Source of the DNA: Pseudoxanthomonas sp.
GTDB lineage: Bacteria > Pseudomonadota > Gammaproteobacteria > Xanthomonadales > Xanthomonadaceae
Direction: 5' to 3'
DNA length: 45,572 nt
NCBI GenBank assembly: GCA_031408455.1
Contig: JANNWF010000302.1
Location: 1 to 45,572, forward strand
Below the pieces are notes generated by a model. That model saw only the letters and a program-made list of their open reading frames with translations. It was not told where the DNA came from and searched no databases. Each line of letters opens with the position of its first letter. Positions within the stretch are counted from its first letter, which is position 1. The position numbers and the translations under genes were made by a program. Shown here piece by piece: positions 1-10,100 of the stretch.

Positions 1-842
1 ACAAGCTGTACTCGCCAGATGGTCCGACCGGGCGGTTGGGCCTGCTCGAACTGCGCGGCTTCGAGATGCCGCCGCATCCGCAGATGAGCCTGGCGCAACA
101 GCTGCTGCTGCGGGCGCTGGTTGCGCGCTTCTGGCAGCAGCCGTATGCACCCAAGCGACTCGCTCGCTGGGGCAGCGAGCTGCATGACCGCTTCATGCTG
201 CCGCACTTCATCGAGCAGGATTTCAAGGATGTGCTGGAAGAGACCGCGGCCGCAGGATTTGCGCTTTCACCCGACTGGTTTACGCCGCACCTCGAGTTTC
301 GCTTCCCAAAGATTGGCGACTACGCGCTGGAAGGCATGCTGCTGGAGCTGCGCCACGCGCTGGAGCCGTGGCACGTGATGGGCGAGGAAGGCGCATCCGG
401 CGGCACCGCGCGTTATGTCGATTCGTCGCTGGAGCGCGTGCAGGTGAAGGTGAGCGGGATGGCACCTGACCGTTATCAGGTGACTTGCAATGGTCGCGCC
501 TTGCCGCTGCGCCCGACCGGACGGGCTGGTGAATTTGTCGCCGGCGTGCGCTTTCGCGCCTGGCAGCCTTGGTCAGCCCTGCACCCACTGATTTCCATTG
601 ATACGCCGCTGCGGTTTGATTTGTTTGACACTTGGAACCAGCGTGCGCTGGGTGGCTGCCAGTACCATGTCGTCCACCCTGGCGGACTCAGTTACGCGAC
701 CTTTCCGGTCAATGCTTTCGAGGCAGAGACGCGGCGGATGTCGCGCTTTTTCCGGCATGGGCATACGCCCGGCTCGTTTGCCGTCGTGCCCGCGCAGGCG
801 TCAATCGAATACCCATTCACACTGGATATGCGGCGTAGATGA
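1..842 (+). CDS. Large transglutaminase-like family protein, DUF2126-type C-terminal part (5' end lies outside the window)
   Basis: Frame 3 is open from the window edge (KLYSPDGPTGRLGLLELRGFEMPPHP...). Its stop overlaps the next start as ATGA at 839-842. Sequence style and gene order fit the DUF2126 / ATP-grasp / alpha-E / transglutaminase cluster. Confidence 0.8.
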   Translation, partial: KLYSPDGPTGRLGLLELRGFEMPPHPQMSLAQQLLLRALVARFWQQPYAPKRLARWGSELHDRFMLPHFIEQDFKDVLEETAAAGFALSPDWFTPHLEFRFPKIGDYALEGMLLELRHALEPWHVMGEEGASGGTARYVDSSLERVQVKVSGMAPDRYQVTCNGRALPLRPTGRAGEFVAGVRFRAWQPWSALHPLISIDTPLRFDLFDTWNQRALGGCQYHVVHPGGLSYATFPVNAFEAETRRMSRFFRHGHTPGSFAVVPAQASIEYPFTLDMRRR

Positions 843-3262
843 TTCAAGCGCAGTATCGACCGGCAGCGGGGCATTTCGACGAGCTGATCGATGCCGAAGG
901 CAAGGTCCGTGCGCACTGGCAGACGCTGATCGACTCGCTACAGTCGGAGAGTGCCCTGCACGCGCGCCGGCGGGCCGACATCATCGATCAGCAGATCGTC
1001 GACAACGGCGTCACCTACAACGTCTATGCCGATCCAAAAGGCGCAGATCGGCTGTGGGAACTGGACAGCCTGCCCAACATCATCGATGCGACGGAGTGGT
1101 CGATCATCGCGGCCGGCGTCGCCCAACGCGCCAGCCTGCTCAATCATGTGTTGAGCGATCTTTACGGTCCGCAGCAGCTGCTGCAGAACGGCTTGTTGCC
1201 GCCCGAACTGGTGCACGGCCACAGTCACTTTCTGTGGCCGGCGCAGGGCGTGAGCGCAGCGGGCGACCTGCATCTGCATATCTATGGCTGCGATCTCGCG
1301 CGGGCGCCGGATGGTCGCTGGTGGGTGCTGGCGGATCGCACGCAGACGCCGTCGGGCGCGGGCTATGCCATCGAGAATCGGGCCATCCTGTCGCGCGCCT
1401 ATCCCGGCGTGCTGGATCGCCTTGGCGTGCAGCCCCTTGATGGCTGTTTTCAACGTCTGCGCGACCATCTTCTGAGTCTGGCTGGCGCTGACAAAGGGCC
1501 GGCGTCACTGGTTCTGCTCACCCCCGGCGCGCTCAACGAAACCTATTTCGAACACGCCTTTCTCGCTCACGAGCTGGGCATCCCGCTGGTCGAAGCAAGC
1601 GACCTCACCGTGCGCGACAGCACCCTCATGCTGAAGACGCTGGATGGTCTGAAGCGCGTGCACGCGGTGCTGCGACGGGTGGAAGGTGGTTGGTGCGATC
1701 CGCTGGAGCTGCGCAGCCATTCCGCGCTGGGCGTGCCGGGATTGCTGGATGTCGCGCGCGCAGGCCGGGTGCTGATCGCCAACAGCCTCGGTTCGGGCGT
1801 AGTCGAATCGCCGGCATTGATGGGTTTCCTGCCCGCCATCTGCGAACAGATTCTGGGTGAGTCCCTTCGCCTGCCTTCGTTGGCCACCTGGTGGTGTGGC
1901 GAACGACCGGTGGCCGAGCAGGCGCTGGCCAAGCTCAAAGATCTGGTGTTCAAGCCCAGCTTCCCGTTGCAACGCTTCGAGCCGGTATTCGCGGCCGATC
2001 TGGACCGCGCCGGGCAGCGCGCCCTGCGCAGTCGGATTGATCGCCGCGGCTATGCCTACGTCGCTCAGGACCGCATCAAGCTCTCGACCACGCCGGTGAT
2101 GCTGGACCGCAGCGGCAGCGCGCTGGGACCGCGCTCGATGGTGATGCGCGTGTTCGCCTTGGCATCAGCAACTGGATATGAAGTGATCCCCGGCGGGCTG
2201 ACGCGGGTCGCCGGCCAGCTCGGCGACGAAGTGGTGTCGATGCAGCGCGGCGGACGCAGCAAGGACACCTGGGTGATGGGCGCGTTGCCCGTCGCCGATG
2301 AGTTGCCGCAGACCACCATCGCCTCGCCCAGCCGGGTCGATCTACAAGTGCTGTCGCGGACGCTGGAGAACCTGTTCTGGCTGGGCCGCAACAGCGAGCG
2401 CTGCGATGCCCATTTACGCGTGCTGCGCTCGATGCTCAAACAGCTGCGCGGATCCCGTTCTTTGATCGCCCGGCGCAGCCGGCGTATCGCCCAGGCTATA
2501 CACATCGTCCCCGACGCCAAGAACCACGCTACCGCTGTGATGGCGGCAATCACTGACGAGAGCTGGTCGGGCAGCTTGCGCCATTGCCTCAACAATCTGA
2601 TCTGGTCCGCCACCGAAGTGCGCGCGGTGCTGTCAAAGGACAACTGGCGAACCGTGCGCGAGTTGAAGAAGGTGAACGCCGAACTGGCCAACAAGACGGA
2701 CGCGGACGCCATGTTGACTCTGCTCAATCGCGTGGCGCTGGCATTGGCGGCGATGACTGGCTTCGCGCTGGGTGGCATGACCCGTGATCGCGGCTGGCAG
2801 TTTCTTATCGCCGGTCGCAGCCTTGAGTATTTGCGTCAGCAGTCGTCGCTGCTGACCAAGGCGCTGTCCAGCAAGCGGATCGAAACCGAAACCCTGAGCT
2901 GGCTGCTGGATCTTTCGCGCAGCACGATTACCTTTCGCCGCCGCTATCAGTCGGCACCGCAGCTGTCGGCGATGCTCGATCTGATCACCGTCGACGCCAG
3001 CAATCCGCACTCCATCCGCTCGCATATCGACATCCTGCTGGATGCGTTGGTGGCGCTGGATGGCGGGCCGGAGCTGATTGACCCGTTGCGCGAGGCGCGT
3101 GAAAAAATGCTGCGATTGGACTGTTTCTCCGGCTCGGCGGCGCCGCAGCTGGCCGCCTACTTCAGCGAATTGACGGCCTGCCTGCGGACGCTGGGCGAGC
3201 GTCTGACCCATACCTATTTTGTCCACATCCGCTCCGCCGGTCGCGCGACCTACTTCGCATGA
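839..3262 (+). CDS. Circularly permuted type-2 ATP-grasp protein fused to an alpha-E domain (807 aa)
   Basis: The N-terminal ~480 aa look like the CP ATP-grasp (DUF404/DUF407-like). The C-terminal ~310 aa start with the alpha-E signature region VLSRTLENLFWLGRNSERCDAHLRVL. The start is ATGA-coupled to the upstream gene. Confidence 0.85.
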   Translation: MIQAQYRPAAGHFDELIDAEGKVRAHWQTLIDSLQSESALHARRRADIIDQQIVDNGVTYNVYADPKGADRLWELDSLPNIIDATEWSIIAAGVAQRASLLNHVLSDLYGPQQLLQNGLLPPELVHGHSHFLWPAQGVSAAGDLHLHIYGCDLARAPDGRWWVLADRTQTPSGAGYAIENRAILSRAYPGVLDRLGVQPLDGCFQRLRDHLLSLAGADKGPASLVLLTPGALNETYFEHAFLAHELGIPLVEASDLTVRDSTLMLKTLDGLKRVHAVLRRVEGGWCDPLELRSHSALGVPGLLDVARAGRVLIANSLGSGVVESPALMGFLPAICEQILGESLRLPSLATWWCGERPVAEQALAKLKDLVFKPSFPLQRFEPVFAADLDRAGQRALRSRIDRRGYAYVAQDRIKLSTTPVMLDRSGSALGPRSMVMRVFALASATGYEVIPGGLTRVAGQLGDEVVSMQRGGRSKDTWVMGALPVADELPQTTIASPSRVDLQVLSRTLENLFWLGRNSERCDAHLRVLRSMLKQLRGSRSLIARRSRRIAQAIHIVPDAKNHATAVMAAITDESWSGSLRHCLNNLIWSATEVRAVLSKDNWRTVRELKKVNAELANKTDADAMLTLLNRVALALAAMTGFALGGMTRDRGWQFLIAGRSLEYLRQQSSLLTKALSSKRIETETLSWLLDLSRSTITFRRRYQSAPQLSAMLDLITVDASNPHSIRSHIDILLDALVALDGGPELIDPLREAREKMLRLDCFSGSAAPQLAAYFSELTACLRTLGERLTHTYFVHIRSAGRATYFA

Positions 3263-3281
3263 GCATGAGCCGGCCATTTAT

Positions 3282-4211
3282 ATGAGCAAGCCAAAAGCGC
3301 TCAGCGCCCGCTACAACGTCGAACATGTCACTGACTATGCCTACCCGCAGCCGGTGTCGCTATCGCAACAGTTGATCCATCTGGAACCGCGCGGATTGCC
3401 GTGGCAGCACTGCATCGGCTGGCAGCTGCACTGTGACCCGACGCCTTCAAGCGAGCGCCGTGAAACCGATGCATTCGGCAATCCACTGACTCGCCTTGAC
3501 TTCAACGTTCCGCACGAGTCGCTGCGCATTCGTAGTCATATGCAGATCGAGGTCAAGCCGCGCGAGATTTTTTCGCCGGCATCGAAGGCGACAGGCTGGG
3601 AGCAGGTGCGTGAAAGTCTTCGCTATCGCGCCGGTCGGCGGTTGAATGCTGCGGAGCTTGACGACGGTCGCTATCGCTTTCGCTCGCCCTTCGTGCCGAT
3701 CGGAATGGCCTATCAGCGCTACGCGCAGCCCTGCTTTACTCCGCGCCGACCACTCAACGAGGTGGCCACCGCGCTGATGCGCAAGATCCACCGTGAGTTC
3801 AAGTACGACGCGGCTGCCACCCACATCGCCACACCGCTCGCCGATGTGCTGCGCCTGAAGCACGGTGTCTGTCAGGACTTTGCCCACCTGATGATCGCCT
3901 GCCTACGCTCGTACGACTTGCCGTGTCGCTACGTCAGCGGCTACTTGCTTACGCATCCGCCGGCCGGCAAGCCACGTCTGGTCGGTGCCGATGCCTCACA
4001 CGCCTGGGTGGCGGTCTTTTGCCCACCATTGGGATGGCTGGAATTCGATCCGACCAACAACGCGATGCCTGGCCTCGACCACATCGTGCTCGGTTGGGGG
4101 CGCGATTTTGGCGACGTGTCGCCACTGCGCGGAGTGATCCTGGGTGGCGGCAATGCCAGCGCCCCGAAGGTGGAGGTCACGGTCACGCCAGTCGATGGCA
4201 TCCCGACATGA
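3282..4211 (+). CDS. Transglutaminase family protein (Bact_transglu_N plus transglutaminase core)
   Basis: Cys-His-Asp core motifs are visible: GVCQDFAHLMIACLR, DASHAWVAV and EFDPTN. I prefer the ATG at 3282 because the track start at 3219 would overlap the upstream gene by 44 nt. Confidence 0.85.
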   Translation: MSKPKALSARYNVEHVTDYAYPQPVSLSQQLIHLEPRGLPWQHCIGWQLHCDPTPSSERRETDAFGNPLTRLDFNVPHESLRIRSHMQIEVKPREIFSPASKATGWEQVRESLRYRAGRRLNAAELDDGRYRFRSPFVPIGMAYQRYAQPCFTPRRPLNEVATALMRKIHREFKYDAAATHIATPLADVLRLKHGVCQDFAHLMIACLRSYDLPCRYVSGYLLTHPPAGKPRLVGADASHAWVAVFCPPLGWLEFDPTNNAMPGLDHIVLGWGRDFGDVSPLRGVILGGGNASAPKVEVTVTPVDGIPT

Positions 4212-4268
4212 CCGACACGGCCCGTCCGCTGATACTCGGCAGCGCGCCTGTGCTCTTGCCTTCGTGAC

Positions 4269-5159
4269 TCATTCGCTGGTGTCAGCGCCCTTGCTGCGCA
4301 CGTATACCGATTTCGCGCTGCTGCCGGGCGTGCCGCGATCTTCCACGGCGAAGTGCTTGGCTTGGCTTTTCAGCAAGTCGCTGAGCTTGCGGTGGCCGTA
4401 CAAGCGAGGATCGAAGTCGGGGCGAATCTTGTTCAAGTAGCTACCGACGGCGCCCAAGTGCGCCCAGCCGGCGTCGTCAGAGGCTTCCTCAATCGCCTGC
4501 TGGATCAAGGCCAGCGGCGCTGCGGCTTTCTTGCTCGCAGATGGTGGGTTCTCAATGGCGGGAGCGGCGGCTTGAGCAACCGGTGCTGCATGGGTGGCAA
4601 CAGGCAGCGGGTTGGCATCCGCCCGCTTGGCCTTTTTCGGTTTGTTGGCTGGCTTGCTGCTGACGACTTCTGGCTTGGGTGCGGCGACGACTGAGCGCAA
4701 CACTTCGGTGTAGACAAATTTGTCGCAGGCCTGCACGAAGGCGTCCGGCGTCTTGCGTTCGCCGAAGCCATACACCGTCAAACCTTCTTCGCGCAGACGT
4801 TGCGCCAAGCGGGTGAAGTCGCTGTAGCTGGAGACCAGACAAAAACCGTCAAACCGGCCGGTGTACATCAGGTCCATAGCGTCGATGATCAGCGCGCTGT
4901 CGGTGGCATTCTTGCCGGTGGTATAGGCGAACTGCTGCACCGGTTGGATCGAGTGTTTCAGCAACACTTTTTTCCAGCCGCCCTGCTGCTGCGAAGTGAA
5001 GTCCCCATAAATGCGCCGCACGCTGGCGACACCGTAACGCGCCACTTCTTCGAGCAGACCATTGATGGCCGAGGATTGCGCGTTGTCCGCGTCAATCAGT
5101 ACGGCGAGGCGGCGCTGGTCATCGTCTTGATCGCCGCGATTTTTGGTGGGTGATTTCAT
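4269..5159 (-). CDS. NYN-domain (PIN-like RNase fold) protein with C-terminal OST-HTH/LOTUS domain
   Basis: N-terminal LAVLIDADNAQ...YGDFTS...DSALIIDAMD fits NYN. C-terminal GWAHLGAVGSYLNKIRPDFDPRLYGHRKLSDLL fits OST-HTH. The ATG at 5159 is preceded by AGGACCAACG; the track start at 5189 is a TTG. Confidence 0.8.
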   Translation of the reverse strand: MKSPTKNRGDQDDDQRRLAVLIDADNAQSSAINGLLEEVARYGVASVRRIYGDFTSQQQGGWKKVLLKHSIQPVQQFAYTTGKNATDSALIIDAMDLMYTGRFDGFCLVSSYSDFTRLAQRLREEGLTVYGFGERKTPDAFVQACDKFVYTEVLRSVVAAPKPEVVSSKPANKPKKAKRADANPLPVATHAAPVAQAAAPAIENPPSASKKAAAPLALIQQAIEEASDDAGWAHLGAVGSYLNKIRPDFDPRLYGHRKLSDLLKSQAKHFAVEDRGTPGSSAKSVYVRSKGADTSE

Positions 5160-5207
5160 CGTTGGTCCTATCGCTGATCGTGTGGACAATGTGCTCGTTG
5201 CAAACTG

Positions 5208-5816
5208 TCAGAGTGAGGTGGACGCGCCGTGGTGCTCGCGGCAGTCGATCCACTCCACTTCGGTAACCACATTGTGCAGCCCGACATCCCACGCCTCAGT
5301 GTGAAGCGTGGCTGCCTCTTGCAACGCGTAGCCGACCCCAATCAATTGCGGGCGATTACCGGGCGCTGCACCCGCAAGCGATGCCAAGCTGCGGTCGTAG
5401 TAGCCACCACCACTGCCCAAGCGCGAACCATCGCGATTGAAGGCAAGCAGGGGCAACAGAATGACATCGATGGCCGTGAGTTCGACGGCGACCCCTGCCT
5501 CGGGCTCGGGAATTCCGAAGCGATTGGCGACCACCGCATCGCCCGGTCGCCATGGCACAAAGTCGATGCAACGCTCCGCCCTGACGCGAGGCAACAAGTA
5601 AGTGAATGCGGGGCGCCCCGCGAGTAGAAGATGCAGCGGCAATTCGCCATCGCAGGCCCAGTAGCCGGCGATTACTTTTGGTTCTGAGAACGCTTGGATA
5701 TGTGCGCGCAGCCGCTCGGCGACCGCCTCGGCCGCGGCGAGGCGGGCACGCGCTGGAAGCGCGCGTCGCGCGGCGCGCATGCTGGCGCGAAGCGTCGGTC
5801 GGTCAGCGGAGCTCAT
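5208..5816 (-). CDS. ygfA: 5-formyltetrahydrofolate cyclo-ligase
   Basis: MSSADRPTLRASMRAARRAL...GYWACDGELP...GGGYYDRSL is typical of the family. A ~203-aa length from the ATG at 5816 fits. It lies directly downstream of 6S RNA, as in E. coli. Confidence 0.88.
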   Translation of the reverse strand: MSSADRPTLRASMRAARRALPARARLAAAEAVAERLRAHIQAFSEPKVIAGYWACDGELPLHLLLAGRPAFTYLLPRVRAERCIDFVPWRPGDAVVANRFGIPEPEAGVAVELTAIDVILLPLLAFNRDGSRLGSGGGYYDRSLASLAGAAPGNRPQLIGVGYALQEAATLHTEAWDVGLHNVVTEVEWIDCREHHGASTSL

Positions 5817-5944
5817 GGGGCGATCAGAAGTAGGAGTCACGCCAGTGTCTGGCGGTACGTTTCGTTGCGCAAGCCAAGTGTGCAACCCAAGCGGTGCTGA
5901 GTTGGACCGACGCACGCGACTCAGCTTGGCGTCGACAAGAAAAG

Positions 5945-6134
5945 GTGCGTCCTCCGCCGTGCCGATGCGCACCGAACGACCTTGATCCGTTGGGATCAGG
6001 GGGGACAGCTTACTCGGCGTTGGGCTTCCCGCTCGTGGCGGGCCTGCTCACCGGCCGGGTATCACAATCCCGGGGTCATTCATTAGGGTCAAGGCAAATG
6101 TAAGATACGCCGTCGAACACGGCAGGGGACGCAC
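5945..6134 (-). ncRNA. ssrS: 6S RNA
   Basis: On the minus strand, 5' GUGCGUCCCCUGCCGUG pairs with 3' CACGGCGGAGGACGCAC as a closing stem. Internal GGUGAGCAGGCCCGCC and CCAACGGAUCAAGGUCGUUCGG resemble the E. coli 6S central bubble flanks. Position between zapA and ygfA matches E. coli. Ends are approximate. Confidence 0.85.
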
Positions 6135-6263
6135 ACGGAGTGTAGCAGTGCGACGTTAACGCGGCGCGAGCGTCGATGGTGTCGGGGTCGCCGGGGTTGA
6201 CCCGGATTGGCATTGGCAGCGAAGAACGAAATTGGTCACATGCTGCGACCATCCCCCAGAACC

Positions 6264-6535
6264 GTCACTCCGGCGAATGCCGGAATCCACGACCGGGACT
6301 ACGTTTGCAGTTCTTGCTCTCTCTGCGTCAAGAGCCTTCGCAAACTTTGCTTTTCGACTACAGCCGAGCAGCTGACAAGCGCTGAACGCGGAAGCGTAAA
6401 GAGGCGAAAAGACCACTGGTGGCAAGTCACATGCTCAACGCAATGCGGGTGGATTCCGGCTTTACTCGCGCTGCGCGCTCGCCCTTCGGGCCAGCTTCGC
6501 TGTTCGCTCGCTTCGCTCACAGTCGCCGGAATGAC
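6264..6535. repeat. Composite palindromic (REP/MITE-like) element of the CCGGAAT family with an interrupted right arm
   Basis: The left arm is gtcactccggcgaatgccggaatccac at 6264-6290. The right arm is split into gtggattccggc (6449-6460) and gccggaatgac (6524-6535) by ~63 nt of cgctcgc-rich sequence. Confidence 0.7.
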
Positions 6536-6565
6536 GAGCCGCTATTGGGAGTCCTTGGACTCTTT

Positions 6566-6868
6566 CTAGCTCTTGCCGACGCCCGCTTGCAGCAAGCCAT
6601 CAAGACGCGCATTGAGCTCGCCCAAGCTGCGCGTCAAGGCTTCCCGGCTGCGGCCTTCGGATTCGCGCAGGCCAATCAACTCGTGTGCAAGATTCAAAGC
6701 GGCCAACACGAACACCCGATCCAGCGTGGCATTGCGGTTGCTCGCCTTGACCTCGCGCAGTTGATCGTCAATCAAACTCGCCGCTGCCAATAGGCCGGCC
6801 TTTTCCTCGGGCGGACAACCGACCAGATAATCGCGATCCAGCAAGCGGACGCTGACCGGCTCGCTCAT
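6566..6868 (-). CDS. zapA: Cell division protein ZapA
   Basis: MSEPVSVRLLDRDYLVGCPPEEK...VFVLAALNLAHEL aligns by eye with E. coli ZapA. The position upstream of ssrS is conserved. Confidence 0.9.
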   Translation of the reverse strand: MSEPVSVRLLDRDYLVGCPPEEKAGLLAAASLIDDQLREVKASNRNATLDRVFVLAALNLAHELIGLRESEGRSREALTRSLGELNARLDGLLQAGVGKS

Positions 6869-7086
6869 GCGTTGTGTTCCAGCGATTTGAGCCGTTGAAT
6901 CATCGCTTCCACCCGCGACCGCGCTTGTTCGTTCTTGCTGAGCAGCGCCGCACGCTCACTCATCAGTTGCTCCTGACTGGCGCGCAGGCTGCGATTTTCG
7001 TCGCCCAAGCGGCGCGTGATCTCCGCCAAACGCTCAACCTTGTCGCGCAAAGCGGTCAGTTGGTCCAGCGGATCGGGACGAGTCAT
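6865..7086 (-). CDS. Small coiled-coil protein (TIGR02449-like / ZapB-like) upstream of zapA
   Basis: MTRPDPLDQLTALRDKVERLAEITRRLGDENRSLRASQEQLMSERAALLSKNEQARSRVEAMIQRLKSLE has a heptad character. Its stop overlaps the zapA start. I prefer the ATG at 7086 over the track start at 7206. Confidence 0.75.
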   Translation of the reverse strand: MTRPDPLDQLTALRDKVERLAEITRRLGDENRSLRASQEQLMSERAALLSKNEQARSRVEAMIQRLKSLEHNA

Positions 7087-7129
7087 GGCAGCGACAATAG
7101 GGCGGCGGTCTGGAGCGGTCAAGAAGCAC

Positions 7130-10100
7130 TCACGCGAAGCGTCCGCCGATGGTGCCCAAACAGGTGGGGCTCCAGTCGCGGATGAAGTCGATGCAGCGGG
7201 TGTCATCGAGCGGCCACGACAGCCAATAGCCTTGGATTTCGTCGCAGCCTTGTTCGTTCAAATAACCGATCTGATCGATGGTCTCGGCTCCTTCGGCGAC
7301 TACGTTCAAGCCTAGCGAATGGGCCATGGTGATGATGGTCGCGGTGATCGCTTCATCGTCGGGATCGGTAGTGAGGTCGCCCACAAACGCCTTGTCGATC
7401 TTCAAGGTATCGATCGGCAATCGCTTGAGGTAAATCAGCGACGAGTAACCGGTGCCGAAGTCGTCAATTGCCAGTGACACGCCGAGGCTCTTGAGCGCGC
7501 GCATCGCCAGAATCGCCTGCTCGGCATTCGCCATGACCATGCTTTCGGTGACTTCCAACTCAATGCGGTTGGCCGGCACGTTGCATTCCTCAAGCACCGC
7601 CGCCACGCGCTCGGGCAAATGCCCACGCAGCAATTGCAGCACCGAAATATTGATCGCCATCACCAGATCGTTGAAGCCCGCGCGGCGCCAGCGGGCCAAG
7701 GTCATGGCGGCTTCCCGCAGCACCCACTCACCAATGGCCACGATCAAGCCCGTTTCTTCGGCCAACGGAATGAAGACGGCGGGGCTGATCGGTCCAAGCT
7801 CGTCGCTGTTCCAACGCAACAGCGCTTCGACGCCGGTGATGCGACGCTCTTGCAATGACAGCTTGGGCTGGAACAGCAGGCTGAACTCGCCGCGGTCCAA
7901 TGCCTTGCGCAATGCCGCCATCATGCTGGCGCGCCGGCGTGTTTCGGCGTCCATGGCCTCGGTGTACATCTGCCACGTATTGCGACCGCGATCCTTGGCC
8001 TGATACATCGCGGTGTCGGCGAATTTGAGCAAATCGTTGGGTGAGGAAGCGTGGTCGGGATATAACGCCACACCGATCGAGGGCGAGATGCTGGTCTCAG
8101 CGCGGCCCTCAATTTCCAGCGGTGCATCGAACGCGGCAACGATGCGTGCCGCCATTTGTTCGGCGGCCGCGGCATCGGCCAAGTCCTCGAGCACCACCGT
8201 GAATTCATCGCCACCGAGGCGAGCGACGGTATCGATTTCACGCACGGTCTCTTGCAAGCGCGCGGCCGCCGCTTTCAGCAAGCGATCACCGGCGGCGTGA
8301 CCCATCGAATCGTTGATGTCTTTGAACCGATCCAGATCCAGAAACAGCACACCCACGCGCGAGTTGGCACGCCGCGCACGCGCCACCGCGCGCTCCAAGC
8401 GTTCTGCCAGCAAGGTGCGATTGGGCAGGCCGGTTAGGGTGTCGTAGTTGGCCAGATAGCGCAGTTCGAGTTCGGCGCGTTTCTGATCGGTGATGTCGGC
8501 GACGACGGCCACAAAGTGGGTGCGAGCGCCGAGTTTGTCGCAGACTTCTGAAAGTTCGATCCAGCCAAGAAATTCGTCGCCACCCTTGCGGCGTTGCCAG
8601 ATTTCGCCCTTCCAGTGACCTTCGAGCTCGGTGGTCTCGCGTAGCTGATGGTAGAACTCGACGTGTTGCTGGGTGCTGTCCAGCAAGCTGCTGGGCTTGC
8701 CGAGCACTTCGGCTTCGGTATAGCCGGTGATCCGCGAGAATGACGGATTGACCGACACAAATCGGAACTCAAGATCGACCACCGCCACGGCTTCCGACAT
8801 GCTGCTAAGCACTTCGGTGGCGATGCGGCGCTCACGTTCAGCGTCGCGGCTGTAAGTGATGTCACGCGCGGTACCTGCAATACGCAAAGCGTTGTTCTGG
8901 GTATCGCGTTCGACCACCTTGCCGCGCGAGCGCACCCAGATCCAATCGCCGCGCGCATTGCGAACGCGGTGTTCGGATTCGAATGCTGGGGTCTGCCCGG
9001 TGATGTGCGCTTGTAGCAGCGCTTGCACGCGACCGAGATCATCTGGATGTACTGCGCGGGCGCGCCAATCGTCGGTGGACAGGTCTTCTTCCATCGCCCG
9101 TCCGAGCAATTGGTCGGCACCGATCCGATGCACGACGTTGGAGAGGATGTCCCAATCCCAGAACTCGTCGCCCGAGCCCCACAAGGCCAGTTTCAGGCGC
9201 TCTTCGCGTTGCGCGATTTGTCGCAACATGGCCACTTCGGATTGCCGACGACCGCGCTGCATTCGCAACACCAGTCCAATGGCGAGCAAGCCCAGCAGGC
9301 CATAGCCAACGCGCGCGGACGCGCTATTCCACCATTCTGGAATCACTCGCAGTGGCAGACTGAGTTCGTGCTCGCTCCAGACGCCATCACTGTTGCTGCC
9401 GCGCACGCGCAAGGTGTAATTGCCGGCGTCCAAGTTGGTATAGGTCGCCTCGCCACCGCTGCCGTGACGCACCCAATCGTTGTCGAAGCCGTCCAAGCGG
9501 TACTCGACGCGAGTGCCGTGGGGCTCGGCAAAATCCAGCGCAGCAAAGCGAAGGCGCAGCAGGCGCGCCGACTGCGGCACGTCGATCTGGGTCAGCTCGC
9601 GCAGAAATTGTTGGGGCGCACCGCTATTACCAACTTGCAGACTGGTCAATACCACTGGCGGCGCATAGGTGCTGGCGACGATGTCGGCCGGCTCAAACAG
9701 GTTAATGCCTTGAATGCCGCCAAACAGCAGACGACCGTCGCTCAGCGCGAGTTGCGCGCCGCCATTGAATTCCAATTCTTGCAGGCCATCAGCCATGCCG
9801 TAGTGACTGACGACATGCGTGCCGGGATCGAAGCGGGTAATGCCCAGATTGTTGCTCATCCACAGCTTGCCCGCGCTGTCTTCGAGCACGCTATAGACGG
9901 TGGCGATGAGCGAGCCTTCAGCGGCGTTCTGGTGCTCAAAGCGCAAGCGTGAAGCGGCGCCCGACTCACTTTTCCGATCTTCGATCACCCGATCCAAGCC
10001 GCCGTGGTTGGCCACCCACAGCTGACCATCCTTGGTTTGCAGCACCGCACGCACCAGATTGTTCGACAAACTGCTGGCATCACCGGGACGGTGTGCATGC

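Noticed and set aside
5817-5972. N-terminal extensions offered by the ORF track: ygfA to 5972, the transglutaminase from 3219, the kinase from 28023, btuB to 45064, apbE to 39984, PilZ to 40680 and the GST from 36330.
   Set aside because: The extensions overlap neighbouring genes or RNAs, are Arg-rich or low-complexity, and several use TTG. Internal starts give family-typical N-termini, signal peptides or RBS spacing.
6156-6569. The ORFs 6156..6425(-) and 6207..6569(+) between ssrS and zapA.
   Set aside because: They are built from the CCGGAAT-type repeat arms and the cgctcgc-rich insert. They show no family resemblance and the region is better explained as a composite repeat.
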